In this document: in pieces, positions 20,037 through 29,155 of the stretch
Layout: every line of letters starts with the position of its first letter
Position numbering within the stretch: position 1 is the first letter of the stretch
Origin: a virus
IMG/VR virus record: IMGVR_UViG_3300020421_000003
Strand: one strand, 5' to 3'
Length of the DNA stretch: 64,000 bases
Notes under the pieces: model-generated
Told to the model about the DNA's origin: nothing
What the model saw: only the letters and a program-made list of their open reading frames with translations
The model's database searches: none
Position numbers and translations under genes: made by a program

Positions 20037-21004
20037 TGGCAAATTATTTCTCATACTTACCTGATGTATTCGTAAGGACATCCAGTTATCGCACAGGTAG
20101 CAATGATCCTTACGTCCAGGCAAAGAATCTATTCCGTCGTATTAAGATACGAGATGATATAAGTGATATCATTCTTGGATTTGAAAAATACATCATTCAA
20201 CACAACGAAAGACCCGATCAGATTGCTGATAGGGTGTATGGTAACGTTGAATATGATTGGGTCGTGCTGCTCACTAATAACATCATCAACGTATATGATG
20301 AATGGCCTATGACTGAGGAGGAGATGTACTCAATGATGGTCCGTAAATACGGTAAAGACCATGTAGAGAGTATTCATCACTGGGAAACGCAAGAGATTAA
20401 AAGCACACGAGGTGATGTAGTCCTTAGAGCAGGATTTGAGGTCCCTCAGGACTTCGTATACAGGAGACCTGATGGCACGAATATCCCTAGAGAAGAGTTA
20501 GTTAGACCTATCTCTAACTATGACTATGAATCTCAGTTGAATGACTACAAGAGAGGCATTCACGTCCTGAAACCTCAATATATCGACGCATTCGTTGAAG
20601 AGTTTGAGACTCTCGTCGAATACCTTCCTTCTAATGAAGTTGATCCTGCTACAGGCATTAAGAAGACTGTTAACATTGTTGCAGAGGCATTTACCAACGT
20701 CAGACCCACATATCAGACTCTTGTTGGTCAGACACCATCTATCGAATTTGCATCTCAACAAGAATTCACCTCCAGAAACTTCGGATCTACTGATCCTACT
20801 ATCTCTGAAGGTGATATACTTGCTGACGGTAGCACCGTTGCAGTTACTGTCTCTACAGGCACTAGCACTGCTGCTGTTGAGCAAGCAGGTCAGATGGATA
20901 CAACTGAGACTAACCAATATGGATCTGCTGGATCTTCTACTGGTCAGACATCAGGATCATCACAATCCTCAGGATCGTCCTATAGCGGTGGTGGTGGATA
21001 TTAA
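20036..21004 (+). CDS. gp53: Baseplate wedge subunit with S/G/T-rich C-terminal extension
   Basis: YFSYLP, ERPDQIA..VYG...DWVVLLTNNI...EWP, HHWET. Confidence 0.92.
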   Translation: MANYFSYLPDVFVRTSSYRTGSNDPYVQAKNLFRRIKIRDDISDIILGFEKYIIQHNERPDQIADRVYGNVEYDWVVLLTNNIINVYDEWPMTEEEMYSMMVRKYGKDHVESIHHWETQEIKSTRGDVVLRAGFEVPQDFVYRRPDGTNIPREELVRPISNYDYESQLNDYKRGIHVLKPQYIDAFVEEFETLVEYLPSNEVDPATGIKKTVNIVAEAFTNVRPTYQTLVGQTPSIEFASQQEFTSRNFGSTDPTISEGDILADGSTVAVTVSTGTSTAAVEQAGQMDTTETNQYGSAGSSTGQTSGSSQSSGSSYSGGGGY

Positions 21005-21243
21005 ATAAGTCCTTTCTCTTTTGCTACATGTAGCAATTCTTTCAAATTACCCACATGTTGTGCTCCAAGTGCAATTTGTGGGTATTCTGCTTTTGACCCA
21101 AATTCGTTTTCAAACGCTCTTTGATCAAAATGCTGATCTAGGCGATATTCGAGATATTCGCCATCTAGTGCTTTTAGCAGTTGTGCTGCTCTCTCACATT
21201 CTTGACTTCCATTAGAATAGATTACTGCGGTCTGAGGGATCAC
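21001..21243 (-). CDS. Glutaredoxin-like protein (single Cys)
   Basis: IYSNGSQEC...AEYPQI...HVG. Confidence 0.7.
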   Translation of the reverse strand: MIPQTAVIYSNGSQECERAAQLLKALDGEYLEYRLDQHFDQRAFENEFGSKAEYPQIALGAQHVGNLKELLHVAKEKGLI

Positions 21244-21244
21244 G

Positions 21245-21430
21245 TTACTTCTCCTTGTGGTCGTAGGTAATTACTATCTTTTGATGCTGTGTCCTTTTAT
21301 CAGTGCAAATGTAATGGTTTGCTTTACCATCCAATATTTTGCATATATTATCTAGTTGTATTTGTACTGCAAACTTCTTAAAATTGTCATCAATCCCTGG
21401 TCTTTCCTGTGGTTGGTTAAAGTCATCCAT
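21245..21430 (-). CDS. Hypothetical protein
   Basis: 61-aa ORF ending KIVITYD. Confidence 0.6.
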   Translation of the reverse strand: MDDFNQPQERPGIDDNFKKFAVQIQLDNICKILDGKANHYICTDKRTQHQKIVITYDHKEK

Positions 21431-21737
21431 AAGTAATCACAATTTTGTTGTCTAGGTATTCAACTTCAGCATTCAGTAAACCACCTGCTCTTCTGATGAG
21501 AGCAAGTCCTGCAATTCTATCCGCTTCAGGACCAGATTCAGGTTGCTCTCTATGCTTCTTCCACATCTCAGCAACCATATCGACAGGCTCTGGTGTGTTG
21601 TAAGGCAGTGCAGGAGCGTTATACCACTCATCAATTGCTTCCTGTGTAGGAATACTAATAGAAAAAGCAAGTCCCTCTTCACGAAACTCATCTTCCATCT
21701 TTTGATAAGTTTCTGGCGTGATATTCGCATCATTCAT
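21423..21737 (-). CDS. Hypothetical protein
   Basis: 104-aa ORF ending KIVITYG. Confidence 0.6.
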   Translation of the reverse strand: MNDANITPETYQKMEDEFREEGLAFSISIPTQEAIDEWYNAPALPYNTPEPVDMVAEMWKKHREQPESGPEADRIAGLALIRRAGGLLNAEVEYLDNKIVITYG

Positions 21738-22033
21738 AATGTCCTTTCCAGTCTTTCAGTTGGTTGGTCTGGGAAATCTCTTGGTCTACTATCAGCGGCA
21801 TTATCGGTCCTAGGGGATCCTTCGTTTGCCTTCATAGTGTGCTGATAGTTTGCTCTCTTATATCTCATATAAAATGGATCAGGCATCCAATAGGTTACCT
21901 GCCATTCTTGGTCTGGACACAATTCAAGGTGTTTCTCTACACTATGTGAAAAACTACCAAGTTGGATATAACCGTCATGACTGACACACCTGCCGTTGCC
22001 CGTATCAACCAGAAATAGCATTTTACTGCTCAT
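21734..22033 (-). CDS. Hypothetical protein
   Basis: Start re-assigned to MSSKML (ATGA coupling). Confidence 0.6.
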   Translation of the reverse strand: MSSKMLFLVDTGNGRCVSHDGYIQLGSFSHSVEKHLELCPDQEWQVTYWMPDPFYMRYKRANYQHTMKANEGSPRTDNAADSRPRDFPDQPTERLERTL

Positions 22034-22161
22034 AGCACTTTTTGCTCTGGATTGAGGTTTTTCACGAATTGCACTGGATCCTCTTCTGACTTGTGTACCC
22101 AATGATAGCGCATACACTCAAAAATAGGATCCCATGTTTGGACACAGACATAATCAGTCAC
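22030..22161 (-). CDS. Small hypothetical protein
   Basis: GTG start, TDYVCVQTWDP...; overlaps both neighbours. Confidence 0.5.
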   Translation of the reverse strand: MTDYVCVQTWDPIFECMRYHWVHKSEEDPVQFVKNLNPEQKVL

Positions 22162-22468
22162 GTTGTCTCCAATCATCAGGTTTTTCTTGATGAAACCAAC
22201 TCTTAATGTCGTCAGCGTCAGTAAATCCCGTTTTGTGATTGGCTGGGTCGGGATCACCTAATCCCAGCCTATTCAGAAAATCGTCTGTGCTGCCTTCTTC
22301 AATATTGTATGTAATCTGGCGACGTGCTATTTTCAACATTTCATTAGCAGAGGTATTTGCCTTTGCTAGTTTGTTTGCCCAGATCATGTCGTCTAGTTTG
22401 ACTTCTTCGCCGTTAGCAATGCGCTTACAAATAAATTCCATTCGTAGGCGATAAGCAGTTGATAACAT
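22154..22468 (-). CDS. Hypothetical protein
   Basis: MLSTAYRLR...DWRQRD; CTAAATA late-like box upstream. Confidence 0.65.
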   Translation of the reverse strand: MLSTAYRLRMEFICKRIANGEEVKLDDMIWANKLAKANTSANEMLKIARRQITYNIEEGSTDDFLNRLGLGDPDPANHKTGFTDADDIKSWFHQEKPDDWRQRD

Positions 22469-22576
22469 TAATTACACCCTTTATCACTGATATTTAGGAA
22501 AAACCCTGGAGACGAAAAATTACCCCGAATTTTTTTCCGCCGATCCTGTAAATCAAAAGTCAAATAATATATGGGG

Positions 22577-22846
22577 TCAGCACGGTCTATACTTTAGACG
22601 TGTCTGCTTCTCGTAGTAACCCTCGACGTATTCATGACGCCCTAACCAGTAGCCAGGGATCCAAACACGTCGGGTTACTTGCACCTCACACATGCGTCTA
22701 CGGGGTCTGTAATAGTCCCTGTGGATGTGTGATTCATGATAATGGTAATGCCGATCCCCTTCAAACGGCTCCCAGAATTCCTTCCAGGTTAGAGCGTTGG
22801 CAGGTGCCGCGCAGAGCAGCAGAAGGGGAAGGGCAAGTAGTTTCAT
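22577..22846 (-). CDS. Small secreted protein with WxxGxW-like motif
   Basis: Signal peptide; RVWIPGYW...YVEGYY. Confidence 0.55.
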   Translation of the reverse strand: MKLLALPLLLLCAAPANALTWKEFWEPFEGDRHYHYHESHIHRDYYRPRRRMCEVQVTRRVWIPGYWLGRHEYVEGYYEKQTRLKYRPC

Positions 22847-23784
22847 CAGTCGTTAGCGAGTGCAGCGAAGTAGTCCAGGTCAGGACCATCGTCTGCTTTG
22901 TTTAACTCTTCAATCTTAGCACCGAATCCACTGGGTGTGGTGTCAGGTTGTGACAGTGGTGCAACTGACATGATGTCAGGAGAGTTGAAGTTTCCACGAC
23001 CCTCAGACTCATCCTCAAAGGACTCGTCACGAGTGCGGACCTGAGTGCGACCCTTGTTAAGGACCATATTCAGACGCTCTTCCAACTTCTCATAGGATTT
23101 GAATGCAGTAGGATCAGTGAATTCCTTGAGGGAATACTGAGACTTCCACAGTGCTTCCAGTTTGTCATCATCGAAACCACCCAGCGTAGAAGGTGATGCG
23201 AAGTCAGACTTATCATAATTCCAGTAACCACCAATGGTCTGGATCTTGATACGGAAGTCAGCACCTTGCCAAAGATCAAAAGGATTGATAGGCTCTTCAT
23301 CCTCAAACTGAGGTTGCATAGAGGACACCACTTTGTCGTGGATCTTCTTGCCATACTTATACAGGAATACTTTACCCTCATTCTGAGGATTCAGTTGATC
23401 CTTCACGACATAGATGTTGCTGTAGTAAGAGAGCTTACGCTTCTGCTTACGAGCAATCTCTTTATCAGAGTCAAGACCGCTATTCCAGAGTGTGCGATTC
23501 AATTCACCAACAGGATCTTTCTGACCCAATGTGGTGAGAGAGTTTTCAATATACCATCCGCCAGGACCTTGGAAAGCGTGGCTCCACACCTGTGCCCAAG
23601 GAAGGTCTTCACCATCAGGCTCAGGGAGGAAACGGATCACGGCATAACCGTTACCGCTCTTGTCCACCCCAGGTTTCCAGAGTCGCTCATCAGGACCAGC
23701 GCCTTGGGGTTTGGACATCTTCTCAATCTGTTGAGTCAGCTTGTCAAACGTGCCTGACTTCTTCTTGAGACTTGCAAAAGACAT
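22846..23784 (-). CDS. gp32: ssDNA-binding protein
   Basis: GNGYAVIRFLP, HAFQGPGGWYIEN, YKYGKKI, acidic tail. Confidence 0.97.
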   Translation of the reverse strand: MSFASLKKKSGTFDKLTQQIEKMSKPQGAGPDERLWKPGVDKSGNGYAVIRFLPEPDGEDLPWAQVWSHAFQGPGGWYIENSLTTLGQKDPVGELNRTLWNSGLDSDKEIARKQKRKLSYYSNIYVVKDQLNPQNEGKVFLYKYGKKIHDKVVSSMQPQFEDEEPINPFDLWQGADFRIKIQTIGGYWNYDKSDFASPSTLGGFDDDKLEALWKSQYSLKEFTDPTAFKSYEKLEERLNMVLNKGRTQVRTRDESFEDESEGRGNFNSPDIMSVAPLSQPDTTPSGFGAKIEELNKADDGPDLDYFAALAND

Positions 23785-23844
23785 GTGTTTCTCCGTTGTG
23801 GTTGTGTGTTTTGTATTTGCCACCGTATTATAGTGGCATAGTAT

Positions 23845-23997
23845 TTAGCGTTTGTCAACCGCCTGTGTGCGGTTTATGATCAGGACCTTCTCACCATCGT
23901 GGGTGAATTGTAACTCGTCATCAGGGTCCCACAGCAGCTCCTCGTATAGGTCATCGAGTTTCTGCATGTCCTCATACAGTTGGTTAGGATTTGGCAT
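23845..23997 (-). CDS. Small hypothetical protein (50 aa)
   Basis: Hand translation MPNPNQLYEDMQKLDDLYEELLWDPDDELQF... Confidence 0.55.
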   Translation of the reverse strand: MPNPNQLYEDMQKLDDLYEELLWDPDDELQFTHDGEKVLIINRTQAVDKR

Positions 23998-24352
23998 CAC
24001 GCAACTCCTTACGCCACGCCTGTAGTTTATCTTCCATAGTCTGTAGGATCATCATGAGATTCAATCCACCAGAATACTCCTGTGACAAGAGATCAATGCG
24101 ATCCTTGACAAACTTTGCTTCATTATCCTCATCATCAGTAGGATCTAACCCATGAGATGCTAATGCCAAGCGTGAGTAGAATACTTTCTGCTTGGCAATT
24201 AACTCTAGGGTCTTCTCCACATGCTCCAATCGTTGTGCTGGATCAAACTCTTTAAGACCAGCAGACATCTTCAGGAGTTCTGTATAACACTCCTGAATCT
24301 CTTCTACTTCGTCTTTTACTACGTCGCTCTTGAAAAAATCGTTGTCAGTCAT
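23984..24352 (-). CDS. DUF1825-like protein
   Basis: FFKSDVV..E, QKVFYSRL.L motifs. Confidence 0.6.
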   Translation of the reverse strand: MTDNDFFKSDVVKDEVEEIQECYTELLKMSAGLKEFDPAQRLEHVEKTLELIAKQKVFYSRLALASHGLDPTDDEDNEAKFVKDRIDLLSQEYSGGLNLMMILQTMEDKLQAWRKELRDAKS

Positions 24353-24594
24353 AGTGGCAGGATACCTCTGCTCGTCCGTTTAATGTAGTTTAATTGCTGT
24401 GCGTCCCATTTAATTTTGTCCTTGAGTGGTTTGGAGATGAGTTTACTTACAGTTTCAACTTCAATCTCAAACTCCTCGCAAACAGATGCGACTGCTTCTA
24501 TGTAGTTGATCAGTCCTTGGGACTCTTTGACTCGCATTTCTACGAGAGAGGTAAACTTACCTTGAGTCATGAATTTTTCTTCAATCTCTTTCAT
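24349..24594 (-). CDS. gp33: Late transcription co-activator
   Basis: NYIEA...CEE..IE.E...KLISKPLKDKI..DA..LN. Confidence 0.9.
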   Translation of the reverse strand: MKEIEEKFMTQGKFTSLVEMRVKESQGLINYIEAVASVCEEFEIEVETVSKLISKPLKDKIKWDAQQLNYIKRTSRGILPL

Positions 24595-25265
24595 TTAAGT
24601 CCCTCGACATAGTAACGATACTCCTCGATCCATTTGATAAGGGTATCCATATAAGGTATCTTATCATACTTCTCTACAATTTGCATCTGTCCGTCTTCTG
24701 CAACAGATAATGTAACAAGTTTGTCTACCTCAACACCAGTCATCTCATAATACATGTAAGCATATGCTGCTTCCTGCACAAAGTATGACCTGAGATACTC
24801 CTCCTTCTTGATCCTAGTTGTAGTCTTGAAGTCAATGATTGCTAGAGAGTTATCAAACTCAGCAATACAATCAACCCTACCAGCAAGACCCAACTTAAGA
24901 GAATGAAGAGGGGCTTCAATACAATGAATGTTAGAAATACGATCAAGATCCTTACGAGCAAACCCGAAAAGGTACTTGGGAAGACCTTTGCTTTCTTTAA
25001 TTTTCTCCAAGTCATTGTTTAGATAGTGCTCCACGATGGTATGGTATTGGGTGCCACGCCACGATGCAGCACGGCGGACACGCTCTGCCTCAGTGTATCC
25101 TACTCGCTTCTCCCAGGCAAGGATACCTGACTTAGTATTATGACCGACAACAGTTGTGACGCTAGGCATCCAACCACTATCGGTCTTATAGAATCTTCCG
25201 TGAGGAAGGGTCCTACTCTCCAACTCTTTGAGGGGAGCAGCAGGACCCACATAATTAAAAGACAT
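24591..25265 (-). CDS. PD-(D/E)XK exonuclease
   Basis: PSVTTV, RGT..H, AGRVDCIAE, IIDFKT, YFVQ..AY. Confidence 0.88.
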   Translation of the reverse strand: MSFNYVGPAAPLKELESRTLPHGRFYKTDSGWMPSVTTVVGHNTKSGILAWEKRVGYTEAERVRRAASWRGTQYHTIVEHYLNNDLEKIKESKGLPKYLFGFARKDLDRISNIHCIEAPLHSLKLGLAGRVDCIAEFDNSLAIIDFKTTTRIKKEEYLRSYFVQEAAYAYMYYEMTGVEVDKLVTLSVAEDGQMQIVEKYDKIPYMDTLIKWIEEYRYYVEGLK

Positions 25266-26030
25266 TCACATTCCCATGTTAATTTTAGATACAAGATACT
25301 CTTTCACTAACCCAGACCTTACGATGTCCTCGATACCAAACTCAACACAGTCGAAGGATGGCATAGATTGTAGGATCTTCATGAAGTCAAGCACACCATT
25401 GCGCTCATTAGATTTCAGTAGATCAGACTGGGAGTAGTCACCAGAGAAGATGATCTTAGCATCCTCACCAACACGAGTGATAATGGAATCAAGCTCATGG
25501 AAGTTGAGATTACTAAACTCATCCACTATTATAATGCACCTGTCAAGTGTCACGCCACGAATGAATGAGGTAGACCAGAAAGAGACCGACTCTTGTGCTC
25601 TGAGGTTGGCATACAATGCTTCAAACGCATTGTCATCTGGCATCTCAAACATATACTTCACCATATTCTTGTATGGTATCTGGTATAGGTTTGCTTTGTC
25701 CTCATGATCACCTGGCAAGAAACCAATCTCTCTCGTAGGCACCAGCGATCGGACCATGTATACCTTATCGTATGGAGTCTCTGGGTCCAGGACCTCACGC
25801 AATGCCAAGTAAAGACTAATAAAAGTCTTGCCTGTGCCAGCGGCACCATGCAGGACTAGATTCTTACCTTCAGCGAAAGAGTTGAAGATAGTCTCTTGAT
25901 TGTCTGTGAGTGGATTAATCTGCTTGAGATGCTCAAGATTGATAGGTTTCTTTCTTCTCATTTGCTTAGCTGTGAGTGTCTCCAGTTTCATGGAGCGACG
26001 ACGTGTCTTGGACTTGACAGATGTTGGCAT
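25266..26030 (-). CDS. phoH: PhoH-family ATPase
   Basis: GAAGTGKT, IGFLPG, FIRG, DE, SGDYSQSD, DIVRS. Confidence 0.96.
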   Translation of the reverse strand: MPTSVKSKTRRRSMKLETLTAKQMRRKKPINLEHLKQINPLTDNQETIFNSFAEGKNLVLHGAAGTGKTFISLYLALREVLDPETPYDKVYMVRSLVPTREIGFLPGDHEDKANLYQIPYKNMVKYMFEMPDDNAFEALYANLRAQESVSFWSTSFIRGVTLDRCIIIVDEFSNLNFHELDSIITRVGEDAKIIFSGDYSQSDLLKSNERNGVLDFMKILQSMPSFDCVEFGIEDIVRSGLVKEYLVSKINMGM

Positions 26031-26042
26031 AGAGGGTGTTGG

Positions 26043-26273
26043 TTAGGTGTAACGGGATAGATTTGCTCGGGGATGATCGGCTTGCATCTTCTGCATAACC
26101 TCCTTGAAACCATCCGACTGCTTGGGCTCGCCGTAAGTGGTGCCAGCGACACCTGCTTGCCAATCTTTGTCCCAGTCGGGATTCTCTTCACGCCAGCGAC
26201 TGTATTCAGTCATTGACATTCTAAATTGTTTTTTCTTACCCGTTTTAAGATTCTTTACATTGTATGTAGGCAT
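26043..26273 (-). CDS. Hypothetical protein
   Basis: 76-aa MPTY... ORF. Confidence 0.6.
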   Translation of the reverse strand: MPTYNVKNLKTGKKKQFRMSMTEYSRWREENPDWDKDWQAGVAGTTYGEPKQSDGFKEVMQKMQADHPRANLSRYT

Positions 26274-26452
26274 TACAAACTCCTGCTCTGTGGCATAACT
26301 GTGCTACAAATATACTTAGCGGTAGGTATGTCTGACTCAAAGAGTTGCTTTGATTCCGACTGTGACCGTGCTTCAACGATCTTATAGTGACGACGATTAC
26401 CTGTAGCGGGTAGCGAATAGGTAATCATGTATCGAATTAGTTTGAAACCCAT
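26273..26452 (-). CDS. Small hypothetical protein (59 aa)
   Basis: Hand translation MGFKLIRYMITYSLPATGNRRHY...; TAATG coupling at both ends. Confidence 0.55.
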   Translation of the reverse strand: MGFKLIRYMITYSLPATGNRRHYKIVEARSQSESKQLFESDIPTAKYICSTVMPQSRSL

Positions 26453-27189
26453 TAGTCAATCCTCAAACATGGTTGTAGGTCTTGCCAGTAAGTATCACTA
26501 TCCTTACACCCACAGTCCTCATCAGGACACCAGTCAAGTGCCTTAGAGATGGTAGGAAACTGACAGATGAAATGCTTCTGACATAGTTTAGCGATGTCCA
26601 TGTGCTCCTGCTGTGTGCCATTAGCAGACCTCAGTTGGATGTAATGGACCCATGAACGCACAGAGCCCGTCATGAAAATTCTGGTGGGCGCAGCGAGGGG
26701 AAGCACAAAACGAGCACACTCCTTTGCAATACCTTCACGCAGCAATTCATTGTAAAGATCCATTCCTTCAGCAAAGTATTGATGGATGCGTCCTTGCAGG
26801 AATGCTTTCTGCTTCTCATCCACACCGTCAATACTATTCTGACGATTCTTACTGTCCTGCAGTCGCAGATCAGGCACCTCAATCATGTCACTCAGCAGAT
26901 TAGTATCTGCATAGCGTTGTGAGAATTCTTGATAGGTGAAAGACCTATGCCTCAGGATCTGAGCTGCCAGTCCCCTGGTAGTGTTGATCTCAAGCGTCAT
27001 GAATGCTTGCTCAAAGACACTCCAGTGCCCATGCTTGATGCAATACTTCAGTAGACCAGCAACCTCAGGGTTGTCCTGGTTGTTTGGGTTGCTCACGCGA
27101 GCAACATATCCCATGTGCTTCTCAGCATCAGGGGTCACAGATACCATGCAGACCTTGGAGGAGTGCTCCGTAGGGGTTATTTTAGTCAT
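26452..27189 (-). CDS. thyX: Flavin-dependent thymidylate synthase
   Basis: HWSVFEQ, RHRSFTYQEFSQRY, ECARFVLP. Confidence 0.95.
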   Translation of the reverse strand: MTKITPTEHSSKVCMVSVTPDAEKHMGYVARVSNPNNQDNPEVAGLLKYCIKHGHWSVFEQAFMTLEINTTRGLAAQILRHRSFTYQEFSQRYADTNLLSDMIEVPDLRLQDSKNRQNSIDGVDEKQKAFLQGRIHQYFAEGMDLYNELLREGIAKECARFVLPLAAPTRIFMTGSVRSWVHYIQLRSANGTQQEHMDIAKLCQKHFICQFPTISKALDWCPDEDCGCKDSDTYWQDLQPCLRID

Positions 27190-27484
27190 TCTTAGGGATA
27201 AGCAGGCGAGAGATAACGATTAGTCCCATGCTTGTCCAATAGGTTAGCACAGGTAGTGCAAAAAGTCCTGGCATAAACATATTCCAGATAAACATCAGCA
27301 CCAGTGGTGAGATGAAGAGGGTGCCGAGTCCTGCAACAATAGATTTACCCATCTCAATGTTGTCCAATTTCTCCTGCTCCTCTTCCTCTTTTTTCAGGGC
27401 AGCATCCACTGCTGCCTTCATGTCTTCAATCTGCTGCTCAGCAGACTGTCTAGGGTCGAAGTAAACTTGATCTCCTTTAGTCAT
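27182..27484 (-). CDS. Hypothetical membrane protein
   Basis: Two hydrophobic C-terminal segments. Confidence 0.6.
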   Translation of the reverse strand: MTKGDQVYFDPRQSAEQQIEDMKAAVDAALKKEEEEQEKLDNIEMGKSIVAGLGTLFISPLVLMFIWNMFMPGLFALPVLTYWTSMGLIVISRLLIPKND

Positions 27485-27759
27485 CCTTTGCCCTTGGTTA
27501 CCTTTGCTTTTGGTGAGTTTGGATCTTGCCATAGTTTGGGACTGATTCTTCCTTCGGTTTGTTTATACCATTTCAAATCATGCTTATACTTGTCCCAGTA
27601 ATGGTCAAAGATATCAACATTTTTTGCGCTGGTAACGATGTCGTAGTGCTCTTTACCTTCAAGCAAATAGCAGACAATGAATGCAGAAGTAGGCAAGGAC
27701 CTGTCTTCTGCTAGCGTGGGATCACAATCTGAGTGTAAGGTTTTGATCTTACTGCTCAT
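27481..27759 (-). CDS. Hypothetical protein
   Basis: DIFDHYWDKY motif; operon packing. Confidence 0.6.
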   Translation of the reverse strand: MSSKIKTLHSDCDPTLAEDRSLPTSAFIVCYLLEGKEHYDIVTSAKNVDIFDHYWDKYKHDLKWYKQTEGRISPKLWQDPNSPKAKVTKGKG

Positions 27760-28196
27760 CGTGCTCTGCCTCCCCATTCGATGGAAGGGAAAGCTTCTTT
27801 TACTACTGCGAGTGTGATGCGATACTTCTTATGGAGTGTCTTATTCACTGCTTTGATAAGGATCTCTGCTTCCGTTGCATGTAGTCCTTCAAGCATCTGA
27901 ATAAACATATTCTCAATCTTCATCCCAGGCAGTGTGTCGTCACCACCCTTAAAGAATCGATAGAGTTTCTTACCCTCCTTCTCCAGCAGCGTGTGCTCAG
28001 TGCCAACAGGTGCTTCGTTAGGACGGTAGGGGACATCTTCACCCATAGGGACACGAGGCTCGATGCTCTCATCAAAGTTGATGATAAAGATAGACCTCAG
28101 TGTCTGGGTGTTGTTGTCTTGCAAGATTTTAATCTTTGCTGCTTTCGTCTTAGCATTATGTGCTTTCTGAAGCACTTCAGAAATCATCAGTTTCAT
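27756..28196 (-). CDS. Hypothetical protein
   Basis: 146 aa; ENMFIQMLEGLH. Confidence 0.65.
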   Translation of the reverse strand: MKLMISEVLQKAHNAKTKAAKIKILQDNNTQTLRSIFIINFDESIEPRVPMGEDVPYRPNEAPVGTEHTLLEKEGKKLYRFFKGGDDTLPGMKIENMFIQMLEGLHATEAEILIKAVNKTLHKKYRITLAVVKEAFPSIEWGGRAR

Positions 28197-28218
28197 GGTT
28201 TAGATAGTAAGTTTACAT

Positions 28219-28455
28219 TCACTCTTCGTCATCAATCATATCATCTTCATCTGCAATCCGCAAGTAGAGGAGCTCAGCTGGGTCTGCCATGCCATCTTCA
28301 CCCTGCATTTCAGGGTGCATAACAACAGCAGCATACTCTGCTCTATCTAACCACAGATCAAACACATGCTTCAGATTCCAAGATGCGATAAACCCTAGAA
28401 GAAATGATCCTAGGGTCAGAAAGAAGGCAATGTACAGAAATGTAAGATCAGCCAT
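28219..28455 (-). CDS. Hypothetical membrane protein
   Basis: N-terminal TM, HPEM, acidic tail. Confidence 0.6.
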   Translation of the reverse strand: MADLTFLYIAFFLTLGSFLLGFIASWNLKHVFDLWLDRAEYAAVVMHPEMQGEDGMADPAELLYLRIADEDDMIDDEE

Positions 28456-28480
28456 GATGCCTCCTTAAGTCTTGTTAAAA

Positions 28481-28834
28481 TTATTTAGCAACCTTCTTGC
28501 GCCTTCCAGGTTTCCTCTCGGCATGATACCTCCAAGAGTCTTCCAGGATACCGTAAAGGTAGTCTCTGATCTTTCTTGCTTTGGGTTTGGGGATGTGACC
28601 ATACGCTTCGCGTAGCACTTTGTCCCCTCCTTTGATGTAACCATTCAACTCCTCCACGGTGTTACTCAGTTGTGCTGCAGTGGATGACTCAATGAAATCA
28701 TTTGTCTCACGTCGTGTCCACTTTGCTGCCTTGAGATAGTTGTACATCTTGAATAAAAATTTCTGGTTGAGCATTGCCTCATCGAGTGCTCGCTCGACCA
28801 GTTGATAGACTTCAGTTGTGTCTCTTGTCTTCAC
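28481..28834 (-). CDS. Hypothetical protein
   Basis: LREAYGHIPKPKARKI. Confidence 0.65.
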   Translation of the reverse strand: MKTRDTTEVYQLVERALDEAMLNQKFLFKMYNYLKAAKWTRRETNDFIESSTAAQLSNTVEELNGYIKGGDKVLREAYGHIPKPKARKIRDYLYGILEDSWRYHAERKPGRRKKVAK

Positions 28835-29079
28835 AGTAGGTTGTTTTCTCTCAGATACTTAACAGTTTCAGTGCATCCACCCATCTGGCGTCCATTGATT
28901 AGGACTTGGGGGAAGGTAGCACCATTACCAAACTCTTTATAGAATTGGTCTCTTGTAAAGTTAACATTCAAAGTGAATTCTGAAAAGGGGTAACCTTTCA
29001 TTCGATACACTTCTTTAATCTTAGTGCAGAAAGGACACCCAGGTCGTGTGTAAATTGCTGTGTTGCCAGGTTTTGCCAT
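28831..29079 (-). CDS. nrdC: Glutaredoxin
   Basis: CPFC, TFPQV, GGC. Confidence 0.9.
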   Translation of the reverse strand: MAKPGNTAIYTRPGCPFCTKIKEVYRMKGYPFSEFTLNVNFTRDQFYKEFGNGATFPQVLINGRQMGGCTETVKYLRENNLL

Positions 29080-29099
29080 CGTAATATATGTTGAAGAAT

Positions 29100-29122
29100 A
29101 AAAAAGGGTCCCGAAGGACCCT
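29100..29122 (-). terminator. Rho-independent terminator
   Basis: AGGGTCC-TTCG-GGACCCT stem (UUCG loop) followed by T-run. Confidence 0.85.
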
Positions 29123-29155
29123 CAACAGAGCATCAGATTCCGTCTAGATTATATA

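Noticed and set aside
23827-23858. Canonical TTGACA...TATAAT promoter for gp32
   Set aside because: The spacer is 20 nt, so it was not called as a standard sigma70 promoter.
24591-25265. Cas4-like nuclease suggesting CRISPR
   Set aside because: No repeat-spacer array, Fe-S Cys pattern or other cas genes seen; it fits the usual phoH-linked exonuclease.
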